This document shows, piece by piece, positions 11,176 through 37,062 of a DNA stretch of 64,000 nucleotides. A program made the position numbers and the translations under genes. The stretch is from contig OZ231126.1 of assembly GCA_965153355.1 (NCBI GenBank), forward strand, positions 43,772,001 through 43,836,000. The letters run 5' to 3'. Each line of letters opens with the position of its first letter. Position 1 is the first letter of the stretch. A model generated the notes under the pieces. The model made no database searches and was not told the origin of the DNA. It saw only the letters and a list, made by a program, of their open reading frames with translations. Source of the DNA: Flaccisagitta enflata (lineage: Eukaryota).

Positions 11176-11543
11176 GAGAGGGGCAGCCAAAATCGCTTAT
11201 ACCCCTACCTGCAGCTTAGATGTTCAATAGCATACAGACATTAACGGTGGTGGGCAGTAGCTTATCCCAACGCTTTTCCCGCCATAGAGACGATTTCTTT
11301 TATTCAACATAGTTTTAAAGATACCGGCCTTTTAAGGGTGAAAAACTGAAAATCAGCCATTTTCGGAAGTGTTGGATTCAGCCCTTTTATGACCAATATT
11401 TCAGAAATGAAATGGAAATTCAAATAATGCCTCGATGACAGGAATTGTATTGGGATAAGCATCTAAATGTTACCTCATTTGCCCATATAGCATTGTCCAT
11501 CTGAGATGTGGGTGAGGGTGCTAGCGATTTTTCTGCCCCTCTC
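11176..11543. mobile_element. MITE with GAGAGGGGCAG termini
   Basis: gagaggggcagccaaaatcgct... / ...agcgattttttctgcccctctc imperfect TIR; no clear TSD. Confidence 0.65.
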
Positions 11544-11566
11544 ATTGCATTATCATAAGATCTGTA

Positions 11567-11744
11567 CAGTTGAACCCCGCTCTAATGGATTTCAGGGGAC
11601 CAAAAATTTTCTTCTGTTATAAGCAGAATTCTGTTATTGCCAGTAAAGGAAATAAAAAAGAATTACCTTGAAGAGATCATGAATTTGAATTTGTTATAGG
11701 CGGGATTCCATTGGAAGCAGGTCCGTTAGAGCGGGGTTTAACTG
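11567..11744. mobile_element. Small Tc1/pogo-type MITE
   Basis: ta|cagttgaaccccgctctaatgga ... tccgttagagcggggtttaactg. Confidence 0.75.
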
Positions 11745-12124
11745 TTATTGAATAAAAGAAAAGTTTACACGAGGCCCTATCCATATCTTCAGTGAGGGGG
11801 GGGGGGGAGAATGATGCAAGAAGATGATGAGCTGGTAGAATGGTAGATTTCTTGCTAACGGGCGTATACAAGACAAACTGTTAAACGTCTTCACCGGGAC
11901 CACTGCCCAATATGGTAAGAGGGCGAGGTTCGCCACCTATCGAGCTACCGAGTAACCTTAAGCTGATAATGTCGTGGAATTTACGCGAGCATTTTATCGG
12001 TTTTCCAATCGCTTAGACGAGAGAAAACTTACTCTTTCCACGCAATAAGAAAAAGGAAAAGAGGGAAAAGAAGTCGATAAATTCGATAACGAATTCATTC
12101 ACGTTCAGGCGGTTGTTTGTGACA

Positions 12125-12158
12125 ATGGGCAAAAAAAAGAAGGATCCCCAAGGAGCAG
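12125..12158 (+). CDS. Candidate alternative first coding exon (MGKKKKDPQGA) of the paramyosin-like gene
   Basis: acaATG start, strong CAG|GTTAGT donor, phase 1 matching the acceptor at 17680/17681. There is an upstream acceptor at 12108. Confidence 0.45.
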
Positions 12159-13327
12159 GTTAGTCGCACGACCCCGCTGAAACACTCCCTTTTCACCAAC
12201 ACTTTTTACACACATGCAAGAATATACAGACTTCACAAAACCAGTTATAAGGCACCTTTTCAGGGATTAGTTTCTCAAGGACAAGTGCCATCACAGTAAA
12301 TCCACACAAATCGATATCGCGCATTCATGAGCCATCTGATAGACACTTTTCTCTTTATTTACATCTTCTAATTTTAAAGTCTTTTTTTTTTCTTTCTTTT
12401 TTTTTTTTTGAAAGATTAAAAATTCTTTCCGTCTGAGAGTGCCTTCACCCTCCACCGAAGCACTTGCACATTAAGGCCACCAGTGGTGGCCACCACCTCA
12501 CACTCACAGCTTCGCATCTTGAACAGGCAAAAAAAAATACAACTAAAAAGTCAATGAGATGGCGAGAAAAACATACACACATGACCGATGCATCTGGAAA
12601 TATCAAATCCCAAATAACTTAAATCTGGTGAACCCCTCGTCAACCCTAAATTTGATTTGGTTCCATGATTTAAAAAAAGAACCCTTCGTGTTTTATCCGT
12701 GACTTTTAATGGATAAATCGTTTCATAAAAGTGGCATAACGATCAGCTCATGATTGTTTTAATCACTGTTAAACTAAGTGTTGCTCTCAATAAAATACGA
12801 TTGATTGAATCCCTGTGAACTGGAAATGCCATGACTCATCATGCATTGTCATGATCTATCATGCATTTTTTATGCTCAATTATGTAAATCATCATTCCCG
12901 GTCGTGCGAAGCTGTCATGCGTCTTAGATTGTCCCAGTCCTTTCCTGTTGCCCATGGGCTGAATTGCGTGTCAGTCCATGAATGTCCATTGGGCATGAAA
13001 ATGTCGTCATGGCGATCTCTTTGTAATTAGTTGGTGTTTTTTTTTTTTAATCTTGTGTTTAGACACCATTTGTATCCAGAAACGGTTGCGAATTCACCGA
13101 GATAATTGGTGAACCAATGTCACTTATGCAGTCCGAACGATTTCTGTCTCTTCTTCTTATCATCCTGCTTGAATTTGCCATCATCAATTCGCGCATACAC
13201 GTCTTTAGAATGCATGGCTTCTTTCATTGGCATGTCAAATAACCACGCTTCCGCTCATAACAATACAATGATTTGCCATTTGATCATATCTATCCAACTA
13301 TATTTTCTATCTATTTATCGCACCATA

Positions 13328-13426
<99 letters not shown>

Positions 13427-14765
13427 CTCTCTTTCATATACATATATCACTTTCCATCTTTTTCTCCCATTCCTCCCACATCGTCATAAGTTTTCCTTCG
13501 GAGAGTGATTCATCACCTGTTCATCACCTGCCCCTTCATCACCAGCCCTTTCCTTTCGATCACCACCTTTTCATTCTCTCTGAAACGTACCTCTTTTGGT
13601 CTTTCCCCCTCTTTGGTATCTCCCTCTTAGGAATATCACACTCTCAAATCGCTTTTGAAGAGAGAAAAGGAAAAGAAGAAGAAGAAAAAAAATTGAACGC
13701 ATCAATAATTCAGCCGGTTTTTGTTATTCTATATTCGAGGCACGTGAGAAAAAAAAACTGAGTTATATCCAAGTGGAACGTTTTTCCAATTTTTCCCCCT
13801 CCAAAGGGGCAAAAAGCGGTAGTTCAAACTCCCCAACCCGTGAACTTCAACAAGAGCTTCGACCCCGCGTCAGTCAGGCCAGGATCGGCCGGATAGATTT
13901 TCTATCCCGTCGGTTTGTCCAGCCGGTTCTTCCAGTCCGCCTGTCCGTCCCTTCGCCCATCCTACGTTGCACGCATGCTGTGTCTCCGGTCCGTCTGTCG
14001 AACCGTTTTTTTTTCTTCGCAACGATTCTCGAGGGAGTCGTTCGAATGGAGATTGGCAGTCTGAGTAACAGACCAATGAACCAACCAAGGGCTTGCTCAT
14101 CTTACAACATTTTTTTTTTCGTTTTTCTTAATGATCATTTTGCGTAAATCATATCAAATTCCGATCTAGAAGTATTTCATGAGTATGATTGAGTGCTCTT
14201 TTATTCACTTATGTTTATAGAAATAGTCACTAAAAAATGAGCCGCGTTGCTCTGTGTTGTAACACTCGGATGACATTAAAAGGGTTCTGTAATCAGAATG
14301 CGAGGAGATATCCAGAAACACGGTTAGATAAAGAGCATATTGTTAGACAGAATTGATTTGGCAGGGGTAGTGACACAAAATCAATGACGAACGAGCACGA
14401 GGATGGACGCTCAAACGGATGGATGGACCGATTGACGGACACAGTTACCAACTGATTTGCTTGTCGACTATAGATTTGAGTCGGGGAAAAAAGATGCGCT
14501 CTGTTTGTGTATCGGGCGCCCTCCTAAAAACTCACTGAAAATGGATCATCGACCATGTTTGTGCAGATTTTTCGGAAGAATGATCTTTTCACTTCGGATC
14601 AAGTAGACAGGCACCCACCGTTTCTCCCCTTTCTCTACTGTCTGCCTCACTTTCTCTTTTTGCATTAGCTTTATCTCTTTCTCACTTTCTTTTTCTCTTT
14701 CTCTCTGTCTCTCTCTCTTTCTCTGTCTCTCTCTCTCTTTCTCTGTCTCTCTCTCTTTCTCTGTC

Positions 14766-14868
<103 letters not shown>

Positions 14869-14876
14869 TGGCATCT

Positions 14877-14936
<60 letters not shown>

Positions 14937-15244
14937 TAACACCATTTTCATGTGGGCTTTGATCCAGAAGACTCTTCTCCTGGTTTTTTTATCTCCCCCA
15001 CGAATTGCAAAAAAATGTTATGAAGATGCTTTCCAAGCCTCGAGGCTTTTTTTTAAAGATCGAGATATGCATCATCTCTTCCTCGTTCTTTTACTTCCAT
15101 CTGCCACTTCTTTCTTCATCACTCTCTCTTAGGTATGGACGATCTGTCCATCCGTCTGAGTCACTTTCTCCTCCCTCTCTCCTTTCTCCTCAGTACGGCA
15201 CAGTTTTTTTTTTTCCATTTTCCCTTTTTTTTTCTTTCATTCTT

Positions 15245-15325
15245 CTTTCTTCCCCTTGATCTTCTTTCCCTTCTTCTTCTTTCCCTTTTCTTTACTTTTC
15301 TTCTTCTTCTTCTTCCTCTTCCTCT

Positions 15326-15396
<71 letters not shown>

Positions 15397-15525
15397 TTCT
15401 TCTTCTTTTTCTTTTTCTTTTTCTTTTTCTTCTTCTTCTTCTTCTTCTTCTTCTTCTTCTTCTCTTTCTTTTTCTTCTTCTTCATTTTCTTCTTCTTCTT
15501 CAATATCATCATCATCATCATCTTC
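15245..15525. repeat. (CTT)n microsatellite
   Basis: Long CTT/CCT run that generates spurious poly-E, K, F and L ORFs. Confidence 0.95.
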
Positions 15526-16221
15526 CGAGCTTCCACTTCTCCCTAAATTCTTTTCGGACAGCGGCCCCGAAGGGGACTTAGTCCTGTAGACCACAGGGGG
15601 ACTTATGTTTGTTAGTCCCCCACAGGCCCTCTCAGGCCTGAAATCTGCCCTCTCAGGCTTGAAATCGGCCCTCTCAGGCTTGAAATCTGCCCTCTCAGGC
15701 CTTGAATCTGCCCTCTCAGGCCTGATATATGCCCTCTCAGGCTTAAAACCTGTCCATTCGGGCCTTAAACCTGCCCTCTCCGATTCAAGGCCTGAGAGGG
15801 CAGATCTCAGGCCTGAGAGGATGGATTTCAGGCCTGAGAGGGCCTGGGGGGACTGACCGACGGATCCCCCTGGGATCTACAGGACTTCGTGCCCTTCGGG
15901 GCCGCTGCCCTGCTTCCTCTCATTCCAATTCACAATCATGCAAAACAGGGCAACGGCTATCGCTGTTTGTCCGTCTCGTTTTCTCTTTTGTAGTTAGACT
16001 TGGCCTTTATTCGATCGCGCAATGGGTCGGGGTTGAACTGATGAAGCTGAGGATGATAACATTGAATTGATGATAATGATGATCAGGTTGATGATAACGT
16101 TAATGATGATTGTGTCGATGGTGAGTAATGACCGTTGAGTCTACAAATTAAATTACGCACGAAAGGGCAATCACTATGCTTTAATTCTAATGAATTTATT
16201 GGATAAGGGCAAGTTTGCATG

Positions 16222-16362
<141 letters not shown>

Positions 16363-16836
16363 TAAGTGATGATCTTCAATATCTTGACAATCATCCTGAG
16401 AACAGTGATATTGCAATGATGATGAAGATGAATACGAACATGAGATGATGATTGTTGAAATCGCGATCCAAGGCAAAAAAAATCGTAGTTGAAACTGAGT
16501 TCATGATCCAAATATTTCAGCCTCTCTCGCGCTTCTCGTCCGCCCGCCCGCCCTTTAACAACTGCAGCCGGCTCAGCTCTCGATCTCGACTGTGAGTGAG
16601 TGAGGAAAAGAGTAAAGAGAACAAGCAAGCTAGTGCCTTCGTGATTAGCCTCACGCACGCGCAAAAACGGCCACAAAACCGTGTTTTAAAAGACGCCAAC
16701 ACGGTTTAGACAACAACAACATCATTTACAACAACATCATTGCAGGGCTCAGGCGTGTGTGTGCCGCGTCTGCATCTATCCTCGTGGTACTCTATCCTTG
16801 TGGTCATCCTTGTGGCCATCCTCATAGTCCTCAAAC

Positions 16837-28966
<12,130 letters not shown>

Positions 28967-30158
28967 GGAAGAGGAGGAGGAGGAGCAGGAGAAGGAGAAA
29001 GAGATGAAGGAGCGAGGGAAAGCGATAGAGAATTGAAGGGGGAGAAAGTCATGTAGTATTGGAGACTTATAGTATCGTTAGCCTTAGAAATCATTCGTCT
29101 ATGTCATTATTATATTCAGCGTACATACTATAGTCTATAGTATGAATTGAGCTGGAAACTTATCTATTAAGTATTTATATGGGCATGAAATGGGGAGATA
29201 CAGAATAGAGTTCACTTGTATCAATAAAAAAAGAGTAAACTTGCCTTTGGTTATTTAAAAAAACAATAGTAAACAAGAGTAAGTAAGTAAGAAAGTAATT
29301 CCAAGAGTTATCAAGTTTAAGCTATTATTATCAACGAATATGTTATGCTCTATACATCTAGATTGCACAACGAACCAAAGAATCAACTATTTATTTCCAT
29401 CCTTATATTCTTGATTGTTTTATTCCATTTTTTGGATTTCGCCTTCTTTTGGTGTTCAGCCGTAATTCGGTTTTCAAACCAATATTTAAATTTCTTCGCT
29501 TTTTTCTTTCCATCTTCACCATTTTTTAAAAGGCCTGTAAGACTGAAAGATTGTATTTTTCTATTCTGCAATTCTGGTACTAAGGAAGTTTTAATGAAGA
29601 GAGGAAAGTACTTTTTAAATGAGCTAAATGAGCTAAATCATTGGATTTCAACGAGAAACGTGATGCAGTGAAATTCTTTTCTATTATAACTTGCACGAAA
29701 AACTAAAAGATGAAACTGGTATCGCGACACTTGTTTTCCGATTGGTCTTTTTTTTTTTCGTTTTCGTCTTCTTTCTCTTTTGTATCCCATTTCATTCTTT
29801 TATTGAATTGAAGAAATAAAGTTTGTTTAACGAATTGTGGTATTGATTGGAGGTGACGGCATCTTAGAATGAAGATTGAATTCAATTAGTTCGATACATC
29901 GATTGCTGTCTGCGGGATTATTAGTGTTGGTCATTAAGTTAATCAATCAGTCCGTAACGCATAGCTTTTTGAGCTTTTCAGTTAAAAAAACAGCAAATGA
30001 ACAAATAAACAAAAAACAAGGCCGGATACACGGCCAATACCAGTTGCGGACGGATGGGCAGGGGCGGAAATGCGCGTTTTCACACTTTTCGACTCGTGCT
30101 GACGGACCGACGGACCGACGGACAAAGGCTCTTATAGAGTTGCGTGTCCGCAACTAAA

Positions 30159-30811
30159 ACTAGTCATCCAAGGATCGCATATGGTCAGCGGTACCCGATG
30201 CCCTGCTTGGAGTGATCAGGTGAAGTAGTGAAGTGAGAGCAGGGCAGCGGCCCCAAAGGGCCGATGTCCTGTAGGCCACAGGGGGAAATTTCCAGACGTC
30301 CTGAGGGGTAATGAATCAGGCCCAAGAGGTAATTGAAGCGAGATTTGAGGTCTGGGGGAAAGATTTTAGGCCTGAAGATTAGATTTGAGGCCTGGGGGCA
30401 GGCCTGAGGCCTGAGGGGCAGATTTGAGGCCTGGAACACAGATTTGAGGTCTGGAGAGCTGATTTGAGGCCTGGAACACAGATTTGAGGCCTGGAGAGCT
30501 GATTTGAGGCCTGGGGCAGATTTGAGGCCTGGAACACAGATTTGAGGCCTGGAGAGCTGATTTGAGGCCTTGAGAGCTGATTAGAGTCCTGGTGAGCTGA
30601 TTTGAGGCCTGGAGAGCTGATTTGAGGCCTGGAGAGCTGATTTGAGAGCTTAGAGGGCCTAAATCAGGCCTGAGAGGATTTGAGGCCTCAACCGCCAACA
30701 GGGGGGGGGGACGGACGGCCGGACGGATGGACGGACGGAAGGACGGACGGACGTCTGGAAATTCCCCCCTGTGTCCTACAGGACATCGGCCCTTTGGGGC
30801 CGCTGCCCAAA
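30159..30811. mobile_element. Family A element, best-preserved copy, with a 20-bp gatttgaggcctggagagct minisatellite
   Basis: About 60-bp inverted repeats (30242-30301 vs about 30749-30808), one subterminal and one terminal; A/T-run flanks. Confidence 0.8.
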
Positions 30812-30869
30812 AACCAATACACAGTGCAGACGATCAGATACGTTCACTCACCAACCGCTTGCTTCACTA

Positions 30870-31646
30870 CAGGGTGTCCCAAGTCAGTTGCAACATAAAG
30901 AATCGACATATTTCTGCTTCTAAGTCCTCAAATCAATTTCTGAAAAAAGATCTGAAAAGATGTTGGTCTGCACTTTTTACATGCAAAATTTCATCATAAT
31001 CGGACAATTTCTTTAGGGGCCACATTTCTTTGAAATACACTAGTGATTTCTGACCATGTCTTTTTTTAGTCTTTTACTTTTTGCTGTACTTGGCAGTAGC
31101 TGTCTTTAATTGCTTGTCATTTTTCAACCAATTGAGCTAAAACCCTGCGATTGGTCTCAAATGGCAGATAATTTGTCATAGATTTTGAATCACCAAAAAA
31201 ATTTGACAATTTTCCAAGATTTGATAAAATTTTCATTGTTTTTTTCAAGATTTTCACTTTTGATTTTGATAATTTTAGACAAAAAACATCAATAAAGTCA
31301 TAAATTATCAAAAATTTCCAAGATTTCGATGCAGATGTACAATCTATGTACAATTATCTTTCATTTGAGACCAATCCCAGGTTTCTGAATCAATTTGTCA
31401 TAGAAAGGCAGAGATTTAAAGTCAGCTACTTTCTAATACAGCTGTAAAAAAGATGATTTTCCACTTAATGTTACCACTCATTTGATGTTCTTCTGACCCA
31501 CAACTATCCAATACTCCAAGTGGAAGCTTGGTATGACAAAAAGTGCAGACCTAGATCTTTGTAGATCTTTTTTCAGAAATCAATTTGAGTTCCTAGAAGC
31601 AGAGATATGTCGATTCTTTATGTTGCAACTGACTTGGGACACCCTG
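30870..31646. mobile_element. Tc1/mariner-type MITE
   Basis: ta|cagggtgtcccaagtcagttgcaacataaagaatcgacatat ... atatgtcgattctttatgttgcaactgacttgggacaccctg|ta. Confidence 0.92.
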
Positions 31647-31717
31647 TAGTAGACGAACATTAAACAGGTGACGCGGGGTCACAACATCGTTGCGGATGGG
31701 ATTATTTTCTCGTACAG

Positions 31718-32912
31718 CCAAGGCGCGCGCTTCAAGCGTTCTTCTTCCTCTCCCAATACCAACGACCGTCCCACTAAGGGCCACGGATTGCGCTAGATGG
31801 CTCCTTGGGTATTTGGGTGAAAATTTTCATCTCTGCTATATGGCTCAAACTTAGTAGATTGGTCATAGTAGTATTTGAGCATATATTACCGGTCCATATG
31901 ACAGGTTTTATGGCAATTAAGAGTGAAAAAAGGCGACCTAAATGGACATTACTACGAAAAATGCTAAATTTCAAGAAAAATCAATGAATTTTTTGGATTA
32001 TCTGTTACGATTTCAAAAAGCTCATGATATCTTCAATGTTGGATTGGATTCCTTCATTTATGTTTACATGTCTGGAAAAATTTAAAAAATCATTATTTTT
32101 TACATTTTTAGCACTATTAAATCATTCTACTTTCACTACATATTTGACCTAATTTGCATGCTTTTATTACCCTATAGATATAAAAAATCGCACAAGGACG
32201 CACAATGAGCGACCTATGCCAAAATGTAGTGCAAGGGGTCCTGAATCCAGAATGGTATGGCTCAAGTGGGCCTTCAACGTCCAAACTGCGATTTTTTTAG
32301 CCTAAAATGGACAAGTAATAATGTGGGTAAAAGTAAAAATCTATATTTGATTGGAAGAAAAATGAGCAAAATGAGCTAAATGAGCAAAAAGAATGATATT
32401 TTTTGAGCACGTTATTAAGGAATCTTATTGAACAAAGACAAAAATCTAAATGATTTGGTCAAAACAACAGACAATTTAAATACTAAATGTAAGAGAGTTA
32501 GCAGTATTTTTCACTTCATTTTTTTAGATTTCTCTTCTTTTGTACTCTATGCTCATAAAGCTCTTAGTCCAATAGAAATGAGTCAATATTGGGTAAAAAT
32601 AGTTTCATAACGTCTGAAAATATGCAGAAAAATGTTTTTCACTCTGTATATTTCATAAGGAATAATGTAATGGAAAAGATGTAATGTTGATCCCCAGTGA
32701 GCCACCTAGCGCACAATGCAGCCCACAGTGCGTCCGTTCGTCAACAGGACCGAACTCTCTCTGCGGCCGAGGTGAGGGGAAAAAAGGGAATCGCGATTAC
32801 ATTCACATTGCATCTCATCTAGACTTAACAGGGGCGAGCGTAATGGGAGGATCGACTTAGATAAGTCTTTTGTGCCCTCTTCCAGCGACTGAGACAATTA
32901 TCAGCCATGCGC

Positions 32913-32943
<31 letters not shown>

Positions 32944-32952
32944 AAAGAAACA

Positions 32953-32984
<32 letters not shown>

Positions 32985-32986
32985 CT

Positions 32987-33036
<50 letters not shown>

Positions 33037-33392
33037 AAGAGTTGAGTTGATGTGCACACACAAAAAGAGACACCATGGACAGATGGACAGACGGACAAAC
33101 CGACGGATGGACAAAGCATCTATGTATGAAAACAGAAACTTGCATCGGTTGTCATTCGCTGGTTTTTCGGCAGGTGGCGAAAGTTATCGGCGCTCGATGG
33201 TCTCAACTCTCTGAGGAAGACAAACGTCCGTACCAACAACAAGCGGAGCAAGAGAAAGCCCGCTACAAAAGGCAGATGGCAGAAGGGAGACGCGGCAACA
33301 TGTTCTACTGGATGGCCGCCCCGAATCGGGGCCCGATGGCACACCAACAAGAAGATGAAGAGGAAGAGGAAGAAGAGGCAGATGACGATTAA
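31718..33392 (+). CDS. HMG-box protein with an acidic C-terminal tail (HMGB/HMG-D-like); box exon split by a transposon; 5' exon not located
   Basis: 31718-31771 + 32736-32771 + 33174-33392 gives PRRALQAFFFLSQYQRPSVRQQDRTLSAAEVAKVIGARWSQLSEEDKRPYQQQAEQEKARYKRQMAE...EDEEEEEEEADDD*. Canonical GAG|GTGAGG...ggcAG intron at 32772-33173. Confidence 0.85.
31772..32730. mobile_element. Transib-like non-autonomous element (CAC...GTG ends, 5-bp GC-rich TSD)
   Basis: About 39-bp imperfect TIR (cactaagggccacggattgcgctagatggctc vs the reverse complement cactgtgggctgcattgtgcgctaggtggctc). CGTCC is duplicated at 31767-31771 and 32731-32735. Confidence 0.85.
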
Positions 33393-33806
33393 TTGCGGCA
33401 TAGAAACCATAGAAAACTGCAAGGCGTCGTTTAATCGTTACACTATTTCTCTATTTTTTTTTATCTTGTCATGTCCGTTGGTACATGGTTCATGCATGTT
33501 CATGACTTGAAACTCATCACTTTGATGATGGGTCGCTTCCTCGTCTTACTCTCAGATAATGGGAAATTATCTGTGTCAAAGAAAGTCGAAATAGAAAAAA
33601 TATACATGGCTACCCCAGTCACGTGCGGGGGGGGGGGGGCAGGAGCAGTGCTGTAGAAGGTGACCAGAGCATTTGGGAGGGGCTAAAAAGCTTAAAAAAT
33701 GCCAAAAAACAAAAAAAAAACAGGGGATCAACCAACCAACCAACTGACCGGCCGACCGACCCTCCAAGCGACCTAGTGACCGACATTGCGGGTGTAGAGT
33801 CACGTA

Positions 33807-34421
33807 CAGTACCTTCCGAGCAAACCCGGCTAAAACTGGAGGATTAATTTTTGTTACTTTAATTTCATTTTCCAAACTTCATTTTTTGCATCTAACTTAA
33901 TTTAAAGATAATTAATTCCTTGAACATATTTGGCTGTCAAAAAAAAAAATTTGTGATATCAAAGTGCATGAAGACATCAATATGGAGTGTTCTGACCCAG
34001 ACCATTGGATTCAGCAAAAAATTTTACCTACCCTAGACTACAAGAACAGCTAAATCAGACAATCATTTTAGGTTTTATGGTCATTTGAAGTTTTTAAGGA
34101 CAATTGTCCTAAATTATTTTGAGACAATTGTTCTTAAAAACTGAAAATAGCTGTAAAACCTGAAATAATTGTCTGATTGAGCTGTTCTTGTAGTCTTGAA
34201 TAGGTAAAATTTTCTGCTGAATCCAATGGTCTAGGTTAGAACACTCCAAATTGATTTCTTCATGCACTTTGATTTCACAAGTTATCTTTTTTAACAGCCA
34301 AATATGTTCAAGAAATTAAGTATCTTTTACTTAAGATAGATAAAGAAAATGAAATTAGGGAAATGAAATTATAGTAACAAAAATTAATCCAGTTTTAGCC
34401 GGGTTTGCTCGGAAGGTACTG
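33807..34421. mobile_element. Palindromic Tc1/mariner-type MITE nested in a family B element
   Basis: ta|cagtaccttccgagcaaacccggctaaaactgga ... tccagttttagccgggtttgctcggaaggtactg|ta; it splits agtcacgta...gcacgcgact. Confidence 0.92.
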
Positions 34422-35612
34422 TAGCACGCGACTAAAAATTATCGAGATGGCTCAGATACAAAATTAAGAACAAATTTGCATTTATTTACCAAGAGTACTA
34501 AGTTTAGCCAATGTTACTAAAAAACTGTTTTTGAAAATTTGTACTTATTTTATTTTTGGTCACTAACAGGGGGCTGGTTGAAATTCTAAATTTGTATAGG
34601 AAATGAAAAAGAAATAAAGAAAATAGTTTTATTTCCAAATCGATTACAGAGAGAACTATGTTTTTCAAAATGCAAATTTTCCCTGTGTTTGGCTTTCTTA
34701 GAATTTCGACCTCAGTGAATGAAAAAAAGTGTAAGCAAAAATTCACTAACAAACATCATTTTCCTGCTTGAATTCTTGTGAATCGCACTCATCCTATGTG
34801 ACAATATGACATCAGCACAGAAACTTGGAATTCTACGTATTCTGCGTATAATGACTGATAGACAGGCCGAGAGACGAACCGAGTCGCACACTCACAGTCT
34901 CACACAGCCTCTTAATCAAATCAAAATGTTTTTTCTGGAGAATTTGTTTCTCTCCGAGATTGAGGTCCCTTGGCGACCTAGTTTTTCTCGGAGTCAGGAT
35001 TAACCCTCATATCTGTCTTGCTTGTGATCTCTCCGATTCTGACTCTTTAAATCAGTGTGTCTCTTCGTTTTCGTTTATGTCTATCCTTTTCTGTCTGTCT
35101 GTCTGTCTGGATCTCTTTTTTTTATTTTTTTATTTTTTGCTTATGTCCATCCTTTTCAGTCTGTCTGTCTGTTTTTCTGTCTATCTGTCTGACAATCTGT
35201 AATGCTGTGTTTTTGTCTTTGTTTAGAAGCGTCATCTGAGGTCTAGATATGAAAGTCTTTCCGTCACGTATTCCGTCCGCCAGTCTGTTGCGCCTCTTAA
35301 TAAATCGAGCTAGTTTCCTCTTGACTTTCTTTTTGCTATATCCCTCTATAAGAGGGTCTGTCCGTCCGTCCGTCCGTCCGTCCGTCCGTCCGTCCGTCCG
35401 TCCGTCCGTTACGCCTGTGCAAAAAAACATGTTTCACGGCTGCTTTTGGCCACGGTGAGATCCTACACTGAATTAAAATGATCGACAAACATGTTTTGAG
35501 TGCCTCTCTTACTACTCTGTCATTTCATCTGTCAGTTCGTCCATCTGTCCTGTACATGTCACATGTTCAATAAACGCAGACACAGTCCGGACGCATCGTT
35601 GCATATGCCGTG

Positions 35613-35835
<223 letters not shown>

Positions 35836-36303
35836 GCCGCAGCTGTCCTTAGGGTTTTTTCCCCTTTTCGCATTTCATCATGAACATTCTTGATCATTCT
35901 TTCTGTTTTTTTTTTTTTCGTTCTTGGGCAGCGGCCTCGAAGAAATCAATGTCAAATAGTTTCGCCGAGGGACTTTCTAATTCTGTCAATCTTTGCTTGT
36001 TACAAGCTTCATCTTTCCTAAACATAAGTGCCAACCCCAAGGTCAAAAAACCTAATCAGGAAGTCCAGTTGTCAGTACCAAGGCCAAAAGCCTGAGGCCT
36101 AAATTTCAGCTCCAAGACCAAAATCCATGAGGCAAAGATCAAATCCTGAACATGTTGTTCAAATCCTTGCCTCATGACCCAATTTCATGCATCATCATGG
36201 CCCAAATATCAGCCTGAAACTATAGTCATTGCCTTTTTTGGGGCCACTTTCCAAATACCCTCCTAAATATCATTGAGGTGCGGCGGCGGTACCACCAAAC
36301 ACA

Positions 36304-36721
36304 CACGCTTTTCTTTTTATAAGAACACTGTTTATAAGAACGTCAGCCTCAGATTTAGCCAAAAAATAAAAACATCTTAAGAACATGCTGAGCGTTTAAT
36401 TTGAAGATAAGAATAATATTTTTTCAAAAAACTAGTAAAATTATATGAAAAACCCTCTATGATTGATACTTTGATAATGATTTTTAAAATGATAATCTAC
36501 TATTCATTAAATATCAATCTCACATTTTTTTTTATATAATGAAATTTTTTTTTTACAATTACTTAAAATATATCATTATAGTAATATAAACATATAGTTA
36601 TAAAGAAATTATCTTATTAAAAAAAAACATGTTAAGAACGCTTGAGCCTTGAAACCGTGCTAAAGATAAAAACGCTGAGGCTTTCTTCAAAAATCCATGT
36701 TCTTTTAAAATGAAAAGCGTG
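36304..36721. mobile_element. MITE
   Basis: cacgcttttctttttataagaaca / tgttcttttaaaatgaaaagcgtg imperfect TIR. Confidence 0.65.
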
Positions 36722-36952
36722 TATCGCGCTATTGAGAGTATTTCCCCCTCAATCTCACGTGCTGACTTCATTTCTCCCCCTCTCCCCTCTCCTGTCACCA
36801 TCTCCTAGAAAACCGTATTGTCTCATTTTTCGTGTCCGTCAGTCTGCACGCTTTCGGTGAATAAACCACCGCGCGCCGACCCGGGTTCATCCATTGACCT
36901 CTCTCGCTCTGACTCTCTCTCTCTCTGACTCTCTCGCTCTGACTCTCCCTCC

Positions 36953-37062
<110 letters not shown>

